From NCBI RefSeq assembly GCF_964355755.1, contig NC_092670.1, positions 1,230,201-1,294,200 of the forward strand: DNA of 64,000 nt. The letters run 5' to 3'. Under the pieces are notes generated by a model, which saw only the letters and a list, made by a program, of their open reading frames with translations, had not been told where the DNA came from and made no database searches. The stretch is from Antedon mediterranea (Eukaryota > Animalia > Echinodermata). The stretch's first letter is position 1. Each line of letters starts with the position of its first letter. Positions 13,365 to 31,300 of this stretch are shown here, one piece after another. The position numbers and the translations under genes were made by a program.

Positions 13365-13766
13365 GCTTTTGTATTGTTTTTTTTTTTTATAGATAAACAA
13401 AAAAAGTAAACATGGACACGCCCCCTTTTAAACTAGTCTGGTTCCCGTGTTGTATCAACTCTGACTTGAATAGAAATATTTTGCACTAATCCACCGCCGG
13501 GAACCATAGCTTTCGATATGCCACGTTTGGAATTACGTCATATGTCAACATGTAAATAGGAAATTCGCCGATGAGGTCAATTGATCACAACAGAATTTTA
13601 CGGAAGGAAGATTCGTAGTGTGACACCCTCTTTTGTGTAAATAGTACAACGTTTATCAGTCATCATGCGTTGAAAACTTGATGAATATCAAGTTTAAATA
13701 TGCTCCTTCATTTATCGAATTTATTTAGTTTAATTGTAAAGAGTTACCAAATATTTAGATGATACG
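13365..13766. promoter_or_regulatory. Compact bidirectional promoter region between DCXR and the CDR2-like gene
   Basis: Head-to-head start codons about 400 bp apart; contains CACGCCCC (KLF/SP-like) and TTACGTCA (CRE-like). Function inferred from geometry. Confidence 0.6.
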
Positions 13767-18676
<4,910 letters not shown>

Positions 18677-21600
18677 TTACTTTAAGTATATACTTAAGTA
18701 TATACAGTACAACTTCCAACGACGAGTTTGTGACCACCAACACCACCATTCTACAGCTACTGCTGCCTCTATGCATACTTTACTATGATCAAATCATTAT
18801 TTATGTTATATGTCTGTTAATATTGTACTAAAGTTTATGTTCAAAGGAGTTATAGATATGAAATTATTTGGTATTAAAAGTTATTTAAGTTTTTTTCATG
18901 TATGGTCTTATGTTATTACAGTACTGCCAAGTTGACAATATTGATAATTGTTATCAGGAGCAAACAGGAAACAATATCTAAAATAAAATACACAAGTGGG
19001 AACATTTTGATTGACACAATTTTGATCTTCTATCTCACCTTGTAAAATCCTATAAATATAAACTGACCAATGACCAATCAGAAAAAGCTTTATATTAACC
19101 AATGAGAAGAGCCAACAGGGAGCCGTTTGTTATAGCAAGAGTTAACATTTGATTAACAAAGGGTATATTGAGTCTATTCTTTGTTTATTATTAAATAAAA
19201 ACCAAATTTTAATATTGTTAATTTAAGTACAGCACTCGGTAAATCAACAACTAATAATAAAATAAACAAATAATAAAATAAAGTAAATAAGAACGTTTAA
19301 TAATTTAATCTCAAATGCATACAAAAACACTGCAATATATTCTATATATGTGTGTGCTTTTTAAAGAGGTTTTGCTTTTGTTTCAATACTATTAAACGTT
19401 TCAGCTTCTTGCCAAAAGAAAATCCTTGACAAAACTAAATTTACATACTATTAAGAGTATTGTTTCTGCCATAAAAACTAAATTTAAATCCTTTTAAAAA
19501 TATTAATTTTGCCATAGAGAAAGTAGAAAGTACATTACTGTTTGCTTACTGTTTTAATAATATTAAAGTATGTTTAAATGCCTTTGTTGAATTTAAAATA
19601 ATAGTTAAATATTTTAAATTATATATATAAATTGTTGAATATGTTACAGCATTAAGGATAGGGCAATTTTAAATATCTACAAATTATTATAACTAAGGTG
19701 TATGTACAATTGTTTGTAGTCAATTTTTAATTTAATTATTTTGCCAATATTGCCAAATAATTTATTAAAAGTAAAGTGTGTTTATTTCAATCAATATATT
19801 TGAAATATTGTTGAATATTATTTAATTTTTGATGACATATTAATTTACAGATTTGATAATGATTATTTATGATGTAGAATTGATGAAGGTAGTATTATTA
19901 CTTCTGTTGTGTGTTGTTATTTTTGTATTTACTAAAGAAACTGAAAAGAGGATTTTCAAAATTTATTAAGTTATAGCCGAATTTATTGTAATTATTTTAC
20001 CTCATACTTAAAAATGCTTTAATTGAAGACCAACCACACTACTAAATCTGACACAACTATGATGTAAGGGAACAATAATTATACAGTGATAACTTAAGTA
20101 ACTGCTTTACATTAGTACAGTATTAGTATGGTATAATATCCTTTTGAAACTACTGGTTTTATTTTCTGTAAGAAAATCCTTCCAAACTATTTGGTGCTAA
20201 GTTTAAAAAAAACCAGTTTAATTATAAAGCTGATTGTATTGGTTAATATTGTATTACATGGATTAATTGTAATGTGTTAATAATATTACATGCATGGAAA
20301 TATTTCCAGAGTGAAGTAAACGCCATGAATCTAATAATTAAATGTAACTAATAATTGATAATATATAGTGAGCCATACTAGGAGAGTGCATTATTAAGGC
20401 TATGACCCATGTACTTATTGTCCATTAATATTTATCTGTACTTATGTCATACTTAAAGCATGTATTTCTGGTATATAACCATAATAACGTATGAAATCCT
20501 AAACATTACATATATATAGATTATACTGCATGTTGATATGAATATTCTCCCATATGGAATAATGCTGGCTTGCGTATTTATAATTAATATCATATGTTAA
20601 TCATACAATGAGAAAATCAATATTACAACTGTATATAGAATAATTAATCAAAATAGTAAGTTAGAAAATCATCAGTGTTCTATGTTGAATTTATATTAAT
20701 TAATGTTGGGACCCTAGATGTTAGGACCATAGATGTTATTGTTAGGACCCTAGATTTCCAGGGACTATGCATTTTCAAGACCATTGAGATCTTTAAAAAC
20801 CTAGAGTGGTAGAAACTATTGACTTTGAAGCATTAGACTTGCAGGAACCATAAACTCTGTGATTTTGTTTGACCAAGTGTTACCATTATATTCCAGAAAT
20901 TACCCGATTTCCGAATTTTTAAATTCATAAAACAGATTTACAGGATCATGACAAATATTAAAATGTGAAACCCAAAATTTAGGACCACATAGGTCAAGAT
21001 ATAAATGTTTATCTTAAAAAATAAATATTTGGCAAATCAAAATAATTTGCACAACAAATCTATGGTACAAAGAAAGAGCTGATGGTCAAATTTTTTTTAT
21101 TATTATGCAGTTGCTCTCAAAATGGCTGAATTTCGTTTTGTATATTCTCAATTCATTATGCATGGTATATACAAAGTATTTGGTTGGAAAACAAATAAAA
21201 GCACAAATTGATTTGTTTTAATTGTTTTTGTTTGTCTGTTATATCAAGTGTTATAATTGAATGGATAAAAACCTGTTTTAATAAATGACTTCTACAAACT
21301 AAAAACAATTTTCAAATAAAGATTTTTGATTTATACAAGTGACTTTTTCAGTTCCAGAAAGCCCAGTAAATGACCGTGACCAGCTAAGACAAGAGACGAT
21401 TCCCTGCTCTTTTCAAATAGTGTGTAGTGTTTTTGTCCACAGCATTTCATCTCATTCGAAGGCTATAACCACAAATAACAGTATCATGCTCAATGATAAA
21501 AAAAATATGGCACAGACGGTTTAAAACTCTTGCCTCTCTCACATGCTAGTACGATATCTTTTAGCGATTGTTCTTGCAAATAAAGAATCATAATGCATGC

Positions 21601-22336
21601 CTCCAGAATCAGAAACACAACAATAACTAATTGGAGAAATGTGTAAATTGATATTACGATTTAATTTGCTTTAAAAATGAATTTATAATTATGACATTAA
21701 CATAGAAGCATGTATATGCAATAACTAAATAATACAATTACTGCTATAAAACATGTATATTATTAAAATATTCAGAGTACTATGATATCTAAAAATATGT
21801 ATACAGCATTTGCATGAATAATTAGTAACTTTAAGTAAATTGAAGATAAAAATAGCTTTGGCATTCATCTATTTGTATATCCATGTCTAAAACATTTCAT
21901 AATTCTGTGTAAAAATCATTACACTAATTATAATTAAACTTTGTGCATTGATTGAGAATGTTTGTGTTGAGCCATAGAGATATTATCAACAAACACAAAT
22001 CTGTAGCGATAAGTACTTTTTCTATGGCAGTACTCTAAGTATAAACTTTACATTAAAAACACTCAACGGAAAATTGAAGTATTCACTAAAAATTGCCTAT
22101 TTTGAATACACCAATTATCACACATAAGGAACACTTAACATTTTCTCACTTGTCTGTCAATTTGTAAAAATAATGATAAGGTGGTTATTAAAAATAAGTA
22201 TACTTTAAATATATTATTGTTAACTATTGTTCTTAATAAAACTAAGAACAAGTCACCCTGCCCACCCACCAATTAAAACCAACTCTGGCTCAATAATTGC
22301 ACAAATCATTGTTTCTAAAATCTATTTATCTTTTAT

Positions 22337-25300
22337 TTACGTTGAGATAAAAAGCTGCTCCAACCCTACACCGTGTCCACTGACCCGGAACCGGGCTAAA
22401 TCCTTTCTGGTTACTATACCAACGACCTGTAGAAATAAATATGAGCAGAAACAAGAAACAGTAATTATTAATTATGCAAGATGGTCTATTAATGGATTAC
22501 TTAATCAATTGACAATAATTAACACTCCTTGAAATATTATTACATAATGATCTAGGCAATACCTTTTCTAATTTAATACTTTTAGATAAAAAGTTTATAT
22601 TACTTGCTTTATTTGTTTACTTTTGCTTAATGATTTATGAACGCTACGTTTAAATAATTCTTGTTAAAACTTGTTCGTTTGAACTCGGAATGAGCTTGTA
22701 GCAATGTAAAGGTCACCACAAAGTGTATGAGTGATTATAGTGCTTAACTTAAAACATATATACAGGACATTTACAACAGCAATAAAAACACAACTAATTA
22801 CCTCATTGCAATCATTTACGACCACAAGATGGCGCAATCCAATCGCACGGAATAGACGGAAAATTCTTGGAAGTGAAGCATCCTAGGATAAGATACACAA
22901 CAAATCAAAATCAAATACGAGTTTTAAAAACAGTTGAAAATAAAGCGTTAAATAATTAAATAATAATATCAAACTAATTTGGATGATATCAAATTAACAA
23001 TAGCACTGGTACTAACCTCTGAAACAGAATACGGTGCCTGATTCATAAAAGGTCGAAGGTCAACGCTTGCCTGTCGTTCCAAATGTGTAATGTTCAGGGT
23101 TGAGATGTCTGGGAATCTAGGATAACTATTTTGGAAATCTTTGGTTCTAAGTTTATGGTCACTTGCATCGCTTAATGGGAATGTACTGTAAGCCTGTAAA
23201 AACATGATTTCATCAAAATAAGAAACTTTACACTGGCATAAACATAAAGAAATCAACAATAATAAAAGTGGGATGAGTTAAAGAGGTACAGCTGCAACTT
23301 GTCATTTTTTAAATGATAAAATTAAGAGCATACCTTATGTTTAAGTATAATAAGAAGTTGATCACGTAAAATGAGGCCTCTAAACGTACCAAAAGTTGAC
23401 CCATTCTGAAAGATAACATAACATCTTTTACTTTATATAAATGCATAGTTCAATTAAAGACAACAGGTAAGCAAATAACCTTAACCAACACTAAATTAAG
23501 TGTTGAGTGGGGACGCACCTGATCGTGAGGGTCGACCACAGGAAATCCATTGTGTTTAGAATCTTTACAACTTAATACATCAATGATACGTCCAACATTT
23601 TCAATTGTGTTTAAAGTTACTACAGGCTGGTTCATTACCTCACTGAAAAAAACAATCAATAAAATTGATGTTGATATTAAGAAAATGATATTGATCATAA
23701 TTTATTTATTCAACTTTATTTTACAAGGGTACCTCTCAGTTGTACTACAGCAGTACCAGCTGACATGGGTAAGAGGCCCTCTCAGTTGTACTACAGCAGT
23801 ACCAGCTGACATGGGTAAGAGGCCCTCTCAGTTGTACTACAGCAGTACCAGCTGACTTAGGTAAGAGGCCCTCTCAGTTGTACTACAGCAGTACCAGCTG
23901 ACATGAGTAAGAGGCCCTCTCAGTTGTACTACAGCAGTACCAGCTGACTTGGGTAAGAGGCCCTCTCAGTTGTACTACAGCAGTACCAGCTGACTTGGGT
24001 AAGAGGCCCTTTCAGTTGTACTACAGCAGTACCAGCTGACTTGGGTAAGAGGCCCTCTCAGTTGTACTACAGCAGTACCAGCTGACTTGGGTAAGAGGCC
24101 CTCTCAGTTGTACTACAGCAGTACCAGCTGACTTGGGTAAGAGGCCCTCTCAGTTGTACTACAGCAGTACCAGCTGACTTGGGTAAGAGGCCCTCTCAGT
24201 TGTACTACAGCAGTACCAGCTGACTTGGGTAAGAGGCCCTCTCAGTTGTACTACAGCAGTACCAGCTGACTTGGGTAAGAGGCCCTCTCAGTTGTACTAC
24301 AGCAGTACCAGCTGACTTGGGTAAGAGGCCCTCTCAGTTGTACTACAGCAGTACCAGCTGACTTGGGTAAGAGGCCCTCTCAGTTGTACTACAGCAGTAC
24401 CAGCTGACTTGGGTAAGAGGCCCTCTCAGTTGTACTACAGCAGTACCAGCTGACTTGGGTAAGAGGCCCTCTCAGTTGTACTACAGCAGTACCAGCTGAC
24501 TTGGGTAAGAGGCCCTCTCAGTTGTACTACAGCAGTACCAGCTGACATGGGTAAGAGGCCCTCTCAGTTGTACTACAGCAGTACCAGCTGACTTGGGTAA
24601 GAGGCCCTCTCAGTTGTACTACAGCAGTACCAGCTGACTTGGGTAAGAGGCCCTCTCAGTTGTACTACAGCAGTACCAGCTGACTTGGGTAAGAGGCCCT
24701 CTCAGTTGTACTACAGCAGTACCAGCTGACTTGGGTAAGAGGCCCTCTCAGTTGTACTACAGCAGTACCAGCTGACTTGGGTAAGAGGCCCTCTCAGTTG
24801 TACTACAGCAGTACCAGCTGACTTGGGTAAGAGGCCCTCTCAGTTGTACTACAGCAGTACCAGCTGACTTGGGTAAGAGGCCCTCTCAGTTGTACTACAG
24901 CAGTACCAGCTGACTTGGGTAAGAGGCCCTCTCAGTTGTACTACAGCAGTACCAGCTGAGTTGGGTAAGAGGCCCTCTCAGTTGTACTACAGCAGTACCA
25001 GCTGACATGAGTAAGAGGCCCTCTTAAAAAACAATACAAATAAATACAGATGAATAAAGATACAATATGATTTATAAAGTTAAAATTCTCAAACAGATAA
25101 CAGTTTTAAAATTGAAACAAAATTTAAGATATTATTGATGTTAACATTCATGATGATAATAATTTTATAGAAGACTTACTACTGTATTGGTATTGAAAAC
25201 CCTCATCACATCACAAAATAATTCCAAATATACACATTTTATTTGCTGCTTTCTTAAATATGATATAGTAACAATAAAAAGGAGCATGATCTAACCGTGC

Positions 25301-28300
25301 ATGAATATTAGCAGTTAGCTGTGGTGGTTCCCATGGCAATATAGGAACACTCTGTAGTTGTATGTGTATGTCATACAGGCCTTCGTTGAATATGTCTCCT
25401 ATCCATTTAGCAAAGACAAGAACCAGCATAAGAGGTAGACCATATGTTATGTTGCCTGTTGCCTCGATTAAAATGACAGTTAAACTGATGGTCATCCGTA
25501 ACACTCCCCCTGATTGATAACAAAAACAATTATTATTGTGTATCACCATACACACAATATAAAAACACACCATAAATTGTATTTGACAAGTCTCAATGGT
25601 AACTCACAAAAGTCAAATGATGAATTTAAAAAGGTATTTGTCTTAAGCTCTGTCTACACTATCAAACTTTATGTGAACAAAAATGTGATGTGCCGATACA
25701 GTATATCGACATGATGATATTTAGGCACATCACTACCATATTTAGGCACATCACTACCATATTTAGGCACATCACTACCATATTTAGGCACATCACTACC
25801 ATATTTAGGCACATCACACTTTTTTTGTCAAATTAGTTTGATAGTGTTCCTTATATTAGTCATCTTTTACAATTACAATAAAATCATATTATGTTTACCT
25901 AGATGGGCTGCTGCTCCTATTAGTGCGTATTTACCAGGATCAGACAATTGCTAAAGAAAAAAAAGTGGTATATTTTAAAAAGAAATCTATTTAGAAAGTC
26001 ATAAACCAATAGGCTTATGTATGTCAATGTTATTAACATATTTCAATTAACAACACAATCAAACTTAACGCTATTTGTACAATATAGTCTACAAAAACAA
26101 ATATAATATTTATATAAACACTAAAAAGAAACATCTTAATACACTTACTGCGTCTGGTAAAACAGTATTAATCAGAATACCACATAAACGACCCCAAGCT
26201 GCTCCCGTAAGGATGCACGGAATGAAAAGCCCGCTTGGAATGTTGAGTCCGTATGTCCAGCACGAAAGTAGAAAATATACAATAAAAAACACTAATAAAG
26301 TTTTGACTGAGTAAGCATCTGAAACACAAAAGAAAACAAGAAAAATGTTTATCTTTCGTGAGGACAACCCTCTTTTATTTCGTTCCAAACTTTCAGTAGC
26401 ATATAAAACTAGAAAGACACTCCAAGAGTGCATACCTCCGCCTACTGTGAAATTCTCCTACATAAGATTTCTCCGGTAAAAAAGAAATATATATATATAT
26501 TTGTGTGTGTCTTAATGCTGTTTGTGATTTAGGCTAATTTCACTACAAGCATGTGTATGCGAGTTTGGTGTAATGGCTATGTAACAAGCCTTTCAATTAA
26601 CAATAGCTTCAGTTGACTAACAATAGAACAGCAACGTGAAAATCAAACGAGTGAATTTGAAAAGAAATAGGTTTATAAAACAGAATTATAATAATGTTAG
26701 TTTAAATCAAACCTGTTGATCTATTAAGTGAGAAACATGCTTGTTTAATGAAGGTTAATGGTTCAAATCCTGATTGACTACATTAAAGCTCTGTCTACAC
26801 TATCAGACTGTGATGTGCCAGAATATGGTAGTGATATGCCATCATCGTGTCTACATATGGGCATATCACATAGGTAAATTATATATACATCACATGAGTA
26901 TAGTATAGGTTTATCAATAAAGCTCTGTCTACATTATCAGACTGTGATGTGCCAGAATATGGTAGTGATATGCCATCATCGTGTCTACATATGGGCACAT
27001 CACATAGGTAAATTATATATACATCACATGAGTATAGTATAGGTTTATCAATAAAGCTCTGTCTACACTATCAGACTGTGATGTGCCAGAATATGGTAGT
27101 GATATGCCATCATAGTGTCTACATATGGGCACATCACATAGGTAAATTATATATACATCACATGAGTATAGTATAGGTTTATCAATAAAGCTCTGTCTAC
27201 ACTATCAGACTGTGATGTGCCAGAATATGGTAGTGATATGCCATCATAGTGTCTACATATGGGCACATCACATAGGTAAATTATATATACATCACATGAG
27301 TATAGTATAGGTTTATCAATAAAGCTCTGTCTACACTATCAGACTGTGATGTGCCAGAATATGGTAGTGATATGCCATCATAGTGTCTACATATGGGCAC
27401 ATCACATAGGTAAATTATATATACATCACATGAGTATAGTATAGGTTTATCAATAAAGCTCTGTCTACACTATCAAATTTTATGTGACAAAATATGTGAT
27501 GTGCCCATATGGACATGATGATGTCATATCACTACTACATTTGGTCATATCACTACCATACTTGGTCACATCACACTTATTTTTCAAACTAATTTGATAG
27601 TGTAGACAAGGCTTTAGAGTAGAGTAGAACAAAATGATATACCTGGTGGATCGTGGAAGAGGTTTTTGATGGACGCTTCTGGCGTACTAAAAAACAAACT
27701 AGCTGTTGCCGAGTATTCCCCATCAGCACAGAACATCTGGCAAACAAATTTGAAAATCAATCAATATTAATTGCGCAAACAATTCTTTTGCAGAAAATTA
27801 AATGATTATTTTTGAACAAGAAGGAAGTAATGTGTACAAAATTCTTTTTATCAAACCAATGGTACAAATTACGAGATTAGATTGTAAATTACCTTCTTCT
27901 CCCGATAAAAGAATTGTTGACACATTGTTAATTACAAACCAGATGAACATTTACAAACAAGGAAGTAAAATGTATTTTAATGCAATGACATAATGCAATG
28001 ACATAATCTGTAAAGATCTGTCTACACTATCAATCTAGTTTGACAAAAAAACGTATGATGTGCCCAAATACTGTAGTAATATAACATCGTGTCCATAGAT
28101 GGGCACATCACATTTTTTTCTCACATAAAGTTTGATAGTGTATCTTTAGGTATGTAAATAACGTACTGTATGAAGGGCAAACGCTGTCTTAATTTGATAT
28201 CTCCTTACCTGCAATGGATATTTGACCTCTTCCTGTGGTAACGACCTACAATCTTGAATATTGTATATTGCTAAGAAAGCTAAAGTTGCTGTAACACTAG

Positions 28301-31300
28301 CAACTAACATGGCTTCTACCAAATGCATCCATCTTTTATATAAATACCTAAACAAAAACAAAAAAATTCTTTGTGAGGAAAGTTATTCATAGGCTAGACA
28401 TAACTCAGTCAGGCAAGCAAGTGTCATTACGGTTAAAAAAGACATATTTATTCAACCTCCTAAATATCAAATGTAATCCAAATCTGGCTATTAAACTTTA
28501 ACATAGACCAGGTATGTGTAAACACTGCCTAGACTAAACTATATAAACATTAGGTATGTTAAGATATCTGTTACACTTAGCTGCTTCCTGTTTTTAAATC
28601 TTCTAAAATTCTTCCTACACTATCAAACTAGTTTGACAAAAAAGTGTGATGTGCCCAAATATGGTAGTGATATGCCCAAATATGGTATTGACATGACATC
28701 ATCATGGCACATCACATTTTGTTGTCACATATAAAGTTAGATAGTGTAGACAGAGCTTATGATACAGTTTTTCTATTTTCTTCCAGTTTACATTATTAGC
28801 CAGAGCAGAATACACACTTTTACTTACTTGATTCTAAATACAGATAACCTATAGTTAACTGTGTTAAAGAGAGCACCCAGAAGACCACCAATTACAGCCA
28901 TTGCAATAAATATTGGTATTTCATAGCCATAGTAATCTTTGCCCTAGAAAAAAGAGGTAAAACAGGGGGATTAGAGCAAAGAAAAAGGAGGATTAGAGCA
29001 AAGAAAAAGGAGGATTAGAGCAAAAACATGGGGATTAGAACAAAGAAAAAGGAGGATTAGAGCAAAGAAAAAGGAGGATTAGAGCAAAAACATGGGGATT
29101 AGAACTATTTATCAATCATTCATTCTTTTTTTGGGGTAAATTCTTAAATTTTCATTCTGAGAGTTAATTCTACCACCTTCTGCCGTAACATTAACATACT
29201 TGATTTTTTTTAAGTTTTTCATTCAGTTTAAGGTCAACACAGGGTCAACATAAAACCCATAGCATCTTGTTAATGCACCCTTAATGTTTTTTAATTGTAT
29301 AATCTAAAAAATACTTTACCTCAAATTGTCCAAAATTGACCAGACCAGGACTTGACAGACTCCATGGATCATTATGGTAATAACTTAACAGAACATTCAA
29401 CGTAAAAGTAGACACCATCGATGCAAAAAACTGTGTGAAAAAGTAACAATGATTATTAACTTAGTGGCATAGTTTTTGCTACAATAAACAACATAAACTT
29501 TTACTTACTATTCTCCATGTTAGACTTTGATTCCAGAAGCTAGCACCCTCTTCTAAACTAAAAAGCACGCCCCCTACAGGAGCTCCGAAGGCAGCTGATA
29601 CACCAGCGGCTGCACCTCCGGAAACAAAATCACGCTTTTCATGATCCGATCGGAAATACTGAAACAGTTTACAATCAAATTTGAACGAGGTGCTTCTTCC
29701 TTGAGAAATTCCAGCTGCAACAACTGCGCCAGAATGAATCATAGGCCCTTCCTGATTCAAAATAATAAAAGAAGTGAAAATGAAATATTGTATCTTATTA
29801 TTAAGTAAAGCCTGTCAGGTCTTTGGTAGTAAGAGTTAGCTCTCATCTTTTTAAAAAAAGATAATCTGGACGATGTTTGGAAAGTTTAGTTCTACTCAGC
29901 ATGGCAGATTAGTGGACATTCTTCTACTTCTCCGACATTATTTGCAGAAATTTTCTATTAGTTGCAAGGGTCTTTACTTGGTTATACTAGCAATTCTGGC
30001 AAAGGAATCCTAAGGATTGCACAATTTAGGAGTTATAATTTGGCTAAGTTGGAGAGGCCACTACAACTTTGTGACCTCTATTTTATTATTTTTTTACAGA
30101 ATGATGCCTGGATGAATACAATTGTAATATAATAATGAAAAGAAAACACAAACTAAATAAATAACAAAAGTATAACTAACCTTGCCAATGGCTAGCCCTC
30201 CTGACATGCCAAATATGACACCGATGACTTTAGTAAAAAGAGTTTTAATTCGTACAACATGAGGTATTTTGACTCCATTTAAGTAACATTTAATTTGTGG
30301 TATTCCACTTCCTGCAGCTACAGGCTGTAAACAAAGGCATACAAATGAACTTTTACTTACAGTATCTTTCAAACCAATCTTAACTAATAATAGTCTGCAA
30401 AAAAAGCATATATGTTATTTGCATTTACTACACGATCTTATATTCAAAATTGTATAGTCTTATATCCTATTCACATCTGCATAAATTGAGGTTGATCTTG
30501 AGAAGAATCTAGGGATAGGAAAGCATAGCAATTTGATTAGGTCCCTTTGATTACTATGATTGATCAGTTTAATACAAGATCAATACATGCGCATGCAGTA
30601 ACAACTTTGGACATCATCAGTGTGATTTTCCACAAGATTGTGTCATCTCTTGCAAACCTGGTTACAACTTGTTACTTTTTGCAGATGTGCAAAGGGTAAT
30701 AGAGTCATATAATAATAATTATATATAAAAAGGACGACCTTATGAAGTGTTGAAATATCAGCTTACCTCTACAAAAGTTACAAGAATTGCTGCTATAGAA
30801 ACAAACCCAACATCCACTGCCAACCATAAAAGGAACGGTATCAGAATGCTAGTGCTCTCTAGATCATGATCAATATCTAAGGTTAACTGTTAAGAACTAT
30901 AATGTACCGTTGTCTAATAGTTACGCTCTAAAGGCTTCAAAACTTGCATTGAATGGAAATGACAGGTCAATTGACGTTGAGTTGAGTGACTGTTTACCAT
31001 TTCTTGTTTATTTTTTAATCTGAATGCTCAGAGAATTTGTTTATGCCTTCAAAATTATATATTTTAGGTACTGATGCTGTTTTTGGCCTTTTTAGAAAGG
31101 ATTTGAATAATAAGTTATCAAGCTACATTAAACAATTGGAAGTTGCCACAGATGATCATGTCAAGTTTTATAAAGGATACATTTACTAACTAATGCGTAT
31201 TTGGCGCCAGCTAACTTATCGATCATTACATCAATAAACGCCGCAATGCACGCTGTAATCACTCCAATCAGTAACATTACAAACCACCGTGCAGTCTGTA

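Noticed and set aside
23732-25024. CRISPR-like appearance of the 44-46-bp arrays (also 51153-51517 and 62793-63588)
   Set aside because: Units are head-to-tail with no unique spacers, there are no cas genes, and the context is eukaryotic introns or intergenic DNA.
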